From the IMG/VR virus record IMGVR_UViG_3300010334_000023, positions 62,001 to 126,000 of that record: a stretch of DNA of 64,000 bases, one strand, 5' to 3'. The notes below the pieces were generated by a model. The model worked only from the letters and a program-made list of their open reading frames with translations. It had not been told where the DNA came from and ran no database searches. This document shows positions 58,469 to 64,000 of this stretch, piece after piece. How positions within the stretch are numbered: the first letter of the stretch is position 1; each line of letters opens with the position of its first letter. The translations under genes and the position numbers were made by a program.

Positions 58469-59332
58469 ATGGTCAACAATCCACTACAGAAGCATTTTAG
58501 GAGACCAGCACTCTGGATCAAGCTGCCCACGGGTGGACGCTGGTACCAAGATGGCAGCGTCAGCATCAATGGCGAAGGCCAGGTGCGCATCTTTGGTCTA
58601 ACTGCCAAGGACGACATCATGCTCAACACGCCAGACGCGCTGTTGAACGGCCATGCGCTGGAAACGGTCATACAGAGCTGCGTGCCAGATGTCAAGAACG
58701 TCAAGGGACTCATGCAGCCAGATCTAGATTCCATCTTCCTTGGTATAAAAGCAGCCACAAACAATGGTCAGTTTGAGATCGAACGCAAGTGCGAAGCCTG
58801 TGGTCACGAAAACAACTTCGCAGTACAGTGCAACCATCTCATAGATCAGACCACGTTCGTGGAAGACAGTGACTGTGTGGTGATGATTGGCAGCGACATG
58901 CGAGTGCACATCAAACCATATAGCTATGAGATGCGCACGATTCTCATACAGAAGCAGCTGGAAGAACAGCGGACTCTCACTGCTATTGAACAGGACAATC
59001 AGATAACCGATGACATGCAGCGTGCCGGAATATTAGCACAGAGCATAGAAAAACTCACAGAGCTTACTTTCAAGCTGGTAGCCAACAGCATAGTCAAGGT
59101 TGATATCATAGCAGCAGAACCTATCACAGTGACAGATCAGCAGCACATCACAGAATGGCTGCTGAATACCGACAAGGTAACAGCAGATGCTGTGATCAAT
59201 GCTGTCAATGAGCTCAATCGCGTTGGGCCACCAAAAGAAACACCGGCACAGTGCGAGCAATGCGGACACGGTTGGACCGAGAAGCTGAGCTTTGATCCCG
59301 CGCTTTTTTTCACGCGACTATCGCCACCATGA
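58469..59332 (+). CDS. gp26: Baseplate hub / tail assembly protein (gp26-like)
   Basis: NPL..FRRP..IKLP, T.KDDI.L.TPDALLNG, two CxxC pairs, ..FDP..FF. Confidence 0.78.
   Translation: MVNNPLQKHFRRPALWIKLPTGGRWYQDGSVSINGEGQVRIFGLTAKDDIMLNTPDALLNGHALETVIQSCVPDVKNVKGLMQPDLDSIFLGIKAATNNGQFEIERKCEACGHENNFAVQCNHLIDQTTFVEDSDCVVMIGSDMRVHIKPYSYEMRTILIQKQLEEQRTLTAIEQDNQITDDMQRAGILAQSIEKLTELTFKLVANSIVKVDIIAAEPITVTDQQHITEWLLNTDKVTADAVINAVNELNRVGPPKETPAQCEQCGHGWTEKLSFDPALFFTRLSPP
59305..59311 (+). other. Candidate -1 frameshift slippery heptamer T TTT TTC
   Basis: In-frame X XXY YYZ; the -1 frame is open and in frame with ATG 59329. Confidence 0.55.
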
Positions 59333-59541
59333 ACCCTGACCTGATTGGTACCATGCTAGAAACCATGGTTAAAAATCAGGATCTCATAGAACAGGACGTG
59401 TCATCCTTGGTGTTCCACATGCAGGGTGGATTGGACTATGATGATGCTTGGCTGCTTACCACTGAGCAACGTCGCTTAATGGCCAAGATCATACAGAAAC
59501 ACTACGATGATCAGAACCCTAATAAGAAAAATCTATTGTGA
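59329..59541 (+). CDS. gp51-like baseplate assembly protein / possible frameshift extension of gp26
   Basis: 70 aa; L.FHMQGG..Y..AW.L...R; ATGA overlap, no SD. Confidence 0.6.
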   Translation: MNPDLIGTMLETMVKNQDLIEQDVSSLVFHMQGGLDYDDAWLLTTEQRRLMAKIIQKHYDDQNPNKKNLL

Positions 59542-59544
59542 TTG

Positions 59545-60040
59545 ATCCTGTGATGAGCGTAGCTCATCAGTTAGCTGAGCTAAAGCTCATCTAACACGTT
59601 TTCTTTAATAATGCTTGATTAGTTATTCTGGTCGATTAGCAGCCACATCACTCCCTTTGCCAGGGAGTGACCATGTGAAACATCATTCTGGTTCGAACGA
59701 CACCACTGCCCTTTCATCCTTGCTTGTCAGCAGCTGGCGGAGTGCCTAATTCCAGCTTGCGGATGAGATCCTCTGAGGAGTCTATACCTCAACACTCGGT
59801 TATGGGAGTTTACCCACGCTACATGATGGTCAAACGGCCAGACGCATCATGCATCACAGCTGGCCAGTCGCACGGCGGCTGTGATCCTTTTCCTGATTTC
59901 CTTGGCAGGGGCCTAGCAGATAGAAATCCCCGTTCAGTGAGTGTGATAACCTTGCCGTTATCCTTTCACTGAGTGGTAACACCACCATTATGGAGCCAAT
60001 ATGGATTAGTAGGTTACAACTGTGAGGTAACCCTGGAGCC
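59545..60040 (-). ncRNA. Candidate large structured ncRNA or structured cis-element, unclassified
   Basis: ~500 nt without a credible ORF, at least 9 stems; GCAA-capped loops favour the minus strand. Confidence 0.5.
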
Positions 60041-60044
60041 TATT

Positions 60045-60401
60045 TCACTTGCTGTGCTTGATTGCTGAGTCTATGACTTCTGCTAGCTTATGGCGTTCTT
60101 TGTTTAACATCTCTGAGCCAACGACCTTCCACAGCTGTTCAAGCTGTGAATCGGACAATTTCTTGTGATTCTCTGAGCAATGAGTGTTGAATTCTTCTCT
60201 GATGCTAAATCCTGGCTTGGCCAAGGTTCCGTAGCTGATTGGAGCTGCGCGGCGCTGCCATGGGCTGGTCTTCTTGGCCGGCGTGGTAGCAGCAGTGGCA
60301 GCCTTGGCATCTTCTGGAAACCAGTGTTTCTCAGCTGGCGTGTTTTCGACCACCTGAGACTTGCTTTTCTGCCTCTGTTTGGCAACTTTCTTGGTGACCA
60401 T
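60045..60401 (-). CDS. Basic hypothetical protein
   Basis: 118 aa, GGAGG RBS. Confidence 0.55.
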   Translation of the reverse strand: MVTKKVAKQRQKSKSQVVENTPAEKHWFPEDAKAATAATTPAKKTSPWQRRAAPISYGTLAKPGFSIREEFNTHCSENHKKLSDSQLEQLWKVVGSEMLNKERHKLAEVIDSAIKHSK

Positions 60402-60948
60402 CTGATACCTCCGTTACTGTTATAGCATTGTCATCTATGGTGTCAGCTGTCAAGTTCGATGACAGGAAATGGTCATCTGGTTGAGCCAGCCAATCATCCA
60501 GCAAATGCACGTAGAAGTCTTTGTATTTGTTGTGATACTTACCAGGAATGGCCTGTTTGAGGAACACCATGATATCCACGTTATTGTACTTGATAACGAG
60601 GCTCATCAATCGCTTGCTGGCATCTGCATCTTGCTGTGCCTGGGCAAGCCATTGATCCCATTGAGCAACGCTGTGCTTGAGCACGCTCTGGAAGCTGGGT
60701 GGTGTCTTGTAGTGCTTGCATTCCACGCTGTAGGTAAAGTTTCGAGGGCATATCAGGTCCCCGAAAATCGCATAGTCTAAGCTGTAGCTCTCAGTGCGGA
60801 TCTTGTTGCTACCACCAAAGAAGCTGCCGCTGTCTGGATTGCGGCGGAAACCGTTAGCCATGCCCAGCGCCGCTTCGAATCTAGCAGACAGCGTGTTTGC
60901 TATCTTGCGTTCAAAGCTTGAGCCTTTTGCCTTGCCATTCACTGCCAT
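60331..60948 (-). CDS. PD-(D/E)xK nuclease, Holliday-junction-resolvase-like
   Basis: KAKGSSFERKIA, GDL, VECK, W..Q. Confidence 0.72.
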   Translation of the reverse strand: MAVNGKAKGSSFERKIANTLSARFEAALGMANGFRRNPDSGSFFGGSNKIRTESYSLDYAIFGDLICPRNFTYSVECKHYKTPPSFQSVLKHSVAQWDQWLAQAQQDADASKRLMSLVIKYNNVDIMVFLKQAIPGKYHNKYKDFYVHLLDDWLAQPDDHFLSSNLTADTIDDNAITVTEVSDGHQESCQTEAEKQVSGGRKHAS

Positions 60949-62732
60949 CAGGTAATTATCTCATGTTCATAGCTGAAGGTAGTAAATCCACCTTCTTTGA
61001 TCACGCTGAGCACGTTGCTAACACGGGTTATCAGTTCTTCTCTGTGCGATATCACGAACACGTTCTTGCCACGCTCGCGTTCCATGCGCTTGAGCACAGC
61101 AACCGAGCCTTCCAGACCAGCAGGATCGAGGCCGCTATCTAACAGTTCGTCCACGAACAGCAGATTGATCGCTTGGTTCATGTTCTCAAAGATGTCACGG
61201 AAGCTCCAGCTCAATCCCAGTATCAAACGAGTGCGTTCACCACGTGATAGATTGTCAAAGTCCAGATCCTGACCCAGCAAGCTGATCTCTGTGGTGAGAT
61301 CATTGAGAAACTTGACGCTGTGAGGCAGTCCCAGCTTGTCCAGGTAGTCGTTTAACCTGCTGTTGAGATAGGCTAGGTTCTGATCAATGATGCGCTTGCG
61401 TATGAAGCTGTCCTTGTTGGTCAACAGCTTGAGCAGGAACTCTTGGTGTTCTCGAGCCTTGATCATGGTGTTCAGCTTGTCATAGCTGACTTCTTGTACC
61501 GTGCTCTGTAGGCTGTCTGCCTGATCTAGATAGGGATTCTCAGCCGCACGCTCCTTGACCAGATCTTTGTGCAGAGACTCCAGAGTGCTCTTATGGTTCA
61601 CTGCTTCGGTCAGCGTGGGATAGAAAGTCTGAGGCGTGCCCATGGCAGCATACACAGGTTCAACCTCATCTATCTGAGACTGTAGATCGGCAATTTCCTG
61701 CTTCTCGGCATTGACCTGTTGATCCAGCGTGGCAATCTTGCCTTCTAGCTCGCCGATGATGTCTTCGTGCTTGTGGTCCTTGATCTGCTGTTCGCACATT
61801 GGGCATTGCTTGTGCACGCTGGCACGTTCAAACTGGTTTAACAGGCCGTTGAGCTGTGTTTCTAGCTGTCCAGCATGCCTGCTCTTGAGGCTTTGATCCT
61901 TGCGCAGCTGTGCCAGGGCCTTGCCTAGCTCTCTGTGAGTCTCGACCAACTTGTGTTTTTCAAGCTCTGTTTCAATGTCCAACAGCTCAAGCTGTTCTAT
62001 GGCAGCTTCCAGAGTGGCCACTTCTTGCAGATGCTTGTTGTCCCAGTTGTTGATCTTGTTCTGCAGATCTTCGATGGCCTTGGCAATCTTCTCATTAGCA
62101 GTCTTCACGGTGCGTATGCGAAACTCTTCCTGATCAATCTCAGTCTTGGTGGCCTTGATCAGTTCCTTGAGATTCTCAGCCTTTTGGCTCAGCAGCGTGA
62201 TGCCCAGCAGCTCTTCGATGATCTCGCGCTGTTTGGCAGCACCCATGGCCAAGAATGGCTCTGTGTAGGTGTTTAGTGCCACGATGTGCTTGAACAGCGT
62301 GTGGCTCATGCCTATGAGCTTGACGATGTCTTTCTGGCTGTCACGCGCATCGCCCTGTGCTTCATCGGTGGCTTCTTCGCCAACCTTGCTCTCATCATCC
62401 ACCATCCAGCGGAAGAACTGCGGCTTGCGACCGCGCTCAATGCGATGCGTGTGACCATTGAGCTCGAATTCGATGCTCACGGCCATGTTCTTGCCGTTGA
62501 TCTTGTTGACGAGGTTGTCGCGCTTGATGTTGGTCAGTGCTTCACCGTACAGCCCATAGCTGATGGCTTGGAGTATGGTGCTCTTGCCCACGCCGTTGCG
62601 CGAACCATTGCCGCCCAGATCCAGATTGTCACCTAATACCAAGGTCAATCCGTTGCGATCCAAGTCCACTGCTTGCGTTACCGCACCAACAGACAAGAAG
62701 TTCTTGAGGCTCACGCTTTTCAGTTTCAACAT
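60948..62732 (-). CDS. gp46: Recombination ATPase subunit (SbcC/Rad50-like)
   Basis: KNFLSVG, NGVGKST, CPMC hook, LSRGE, VDELLD, VISH. Confidence 0.94.
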   Translation of the reverse strand: MLKLKSVSLKNFLSVGAVTQAVDLDRNGLTLVLGDNLDLGGNGSRNGVGKSTILQAISYGLYGEALTNIKRDNLVNKINGKNMAVSIEFELNGHTHRIERGRKPQFFRWMVDDESKVGEEATDEAQGDARDSQKDIVKLIGMSHTLFKHIVALNTYTEPFLAMGAAKQREIIEELLGITLLSQKAENLKELIKATKTEIDQEEFRIRTVKTANEKIAKAIEDLQNKINNWDNKHLQEVATLEAAIEQLELLDIETELEKHKLVETHRELGKALAQLRKDQSLKSRHAGQLETQLNGLLNQFERASVHKQCPMCEQQIKDHKHEDIIGELEGKIATLDQQVNAEKQEIADLQSQIDEVEPVYAAMGTPQTFYPTLTEAVNHKSTLESLHKDLVKERAAENPYLDQADSLQSTVQEVSYDKLNTMIKAREHQEFLLKLLTNKDSFIRKRIIDQNLAYLNSRLNDYLDKLGLPHSVKFLNDLTTEISLLGQDLDFDNLSRGERTRLILGLSWSFRDIFENMNQAINLLFVDELLDSGLDPAGLEGSVAVLKRMERERGKNVFVISHREELITRVSNVLSVIKEGGFTTFSYEHEIIT

Positions 62733-62734
62733 GC

Positions 62735-63754
62735 TTATATGCTCTGATAGATCTGGATCAACTGCTGCCGATCTATGGTATTGGATTCTATGCTCTGCAG
62801 ATGGCTGATCACGATGGTGTCCACGCTCTCAAAGTTGATGTCACCATCTGGTATGGCACCTTGCGCATCTGCTTTGGCCACCTGTAGGTTCACTTCGCGA
62901 GCGTTGAGTTCGCGCTCAAACAGCTCCTTAAGGAAGTTGGCTTCTTCATAGGTGATGTCCAGATCCACTGCGATGCGAGCATAGGTCTTGGCATCAATGA
63001 TAGATTCTGGATCTTCCAGCAGCGTGCTCAGAGGCGTTACGCGATATTTTGGAGCACCAGGCCAAGCACGGAACGTGGGATACTTGCCTGGTTCCCAGAG
63101 CATGATGCCTCGGTTGTCATCCCAGGCATCTGAGTAATCATGTGGGAAGCAGTTGCCAGTATACCAAACCTTGCCGCGGTTCTGTCGCTTGTGGAAATGG
63201 CCAGTGAACACCTGCGTTTGGTTAGCAAAATGCGTCTCGTTGAGCAGCCCGTGATCTGGCATCTCCACCATGGCATTCATCTTGAACTTTGGCAGTTCGA
63301 AATGTCCAAACATGTATGGCGCTTTGATCTTTGGCACAGATTTCCAATCATCGCCTACCAACCATGGTATGAAGCTTACGCCATCAAACACCTGTTGTGT
63401 CTCGATCAAGCGGATGTTCGCAAATTCCTTGATGTAAGGGATGCTGTGGATCTCGTACTTGTCCCTGTAGAACAGATCATGGTTTCCTATGAGGAAGAAC
63501 ACATTATCAAAGTAATCGTTCAGCTTTTTGAGCCCGCTCACTGAGTAGTTGAGCGTGCTTACATTGATAGCACTGCGATTGTGATGCCAATCGCCGCCGA
63601 AGATGCAGTTCTTGCTGCCCCATTCTTCGGCCTGCTCGATCATCCATTCTATGAACTGCTCACAGCTGGAGTTGTGCTCGCGGCTGTTGTTTCGCAATCC
63701 ATAGTGGATGTCGGTGAAGTACACTGTCTTTGAGAAGTCTATGTCTTTTGCCAT
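62735..63754 (-). CDS. gp47: Recombination nuclease subunit (SbcD/Mre11-like)
   Basis: DIHYG, GDW, GNHD, GHFE, GHFH. Confidence 0.93.
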   Translation of the reverse strand: MAKDIDFSKTVYFTDIHYGLRNNSREHNSSCEQFIEWMIEQAEEWGSKNCIFGGDWHHNRSAINVSTLNYSVSGLKKLNDYFDNVFFLIGNHDLFYRDKYEIHSIPYIKEFANIRLIETQQVFDGVSFIPWLVGDDWKSVPKIKAPYMFGHFELPKFKMNAMVEMPDHGLLNETHFANQTQVFTGHFHKRQNRGKVWYTGNCFPHDYSDAWDDNRGIMLWEPGKYPTFRAWPGAPKYRVTPLSTLLEDPESIIDAKTYARIAVDLDITYEEANFLKELFERELNAREVNLQVAKADAQGAIPDGDINFESVDTIVISHLQSIESNTIDRQQLIQIYQSI

Positions 63755-63787
63755 GCACTTGTATGTTACGGCATCAGCTCATATTGA

Positions 63788-64000
63788 TCAAGTGCTCTCT
63801 TTGGCAGCAGAAGCAGCAGCATCTGCTGCGGCACGAGCCTGTTGGTTCTTCATGTCATGCTCGGTTTGGCGCGTGTAGCTTGGTGTGGCACCATGCATGA
63901 TCAGGATGTCATCTCGGATGTTTTGGTTGCGTTTCTCTATGTTGAGTACGCGAGTGAAGCTGTTGGTGATGGCAGCAGTGTAATAGGCAAATGGATTGGG
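63788..64000 (-). CDS. gp55: Late-transcription sigma factor, C-terminal part (truncated by window)
   Basis: Own translation: PNPFAYYTAAITNSFTRVLNIEKRNQNIRDDIL...; upstream of gp47. Confidence 0.82.
   Translation of the reverse strand, partial: PNPFAYYTAAITNSFTRVLNIEKRNQNIRDDILIMHGATPSYTRQTEHDMKNQQARAAADAAASAAKEST

Noticed and set aside
59686-59706. GGTTCGAA...CACCA resembling a tRNA T-loop and 3' end
   Set aside because: No T-stem, acceptor stem or cloverleaf can be formed around it
59724-59972. 82-aa ORF in the structured gap
   Set aside because: TTG start, no RBS, non-protein-like composition; the pairing pattern explains the sequence better

Overview
A 64-kb segment of a large T4-like (myovirus, probably jumbo) phage genome in the standard genetic code. 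It holds most of the virion module: portal, prohead protease, scaffold, major capsid, terminase, necks, tail terminator, sheath, tube, tape measure and baseplate hub. It also carries recombination and replication genes (uvsW, uvsY, uvsX, gp32, gp46/47, dNMP kinase), the 3' end of the late sigma factor gp55, two murein hydrolases and a complete groES-groEL operon with a CIRCE operator. Late genes are preceded by a recurring (TA)TAAATA motif, and others by sigma70-like promoters. The most notable accessory elements are: (1) two ORF-free, densely base-paired regions that look like large unclassified ncRNAs (~7710-8051, with its own promoter and an 8-bp pseudoknot, and ~59545-60040); (2) a radical SAM/PLP/SDR cassette splitting the sheath and tube genes, plus a fourth radical SAM gene; (3) a five-gene glycosyltransferase operon among the neck and head genes; (4) two late nucleotidyltransferases, one a CCA-like enzyme lacking its templating Arg; (5) a probable -1 frameshift fusing gp26 to the downstream ORF. 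All product calls come from motif recognition by eye; no searches or folding programs were run.
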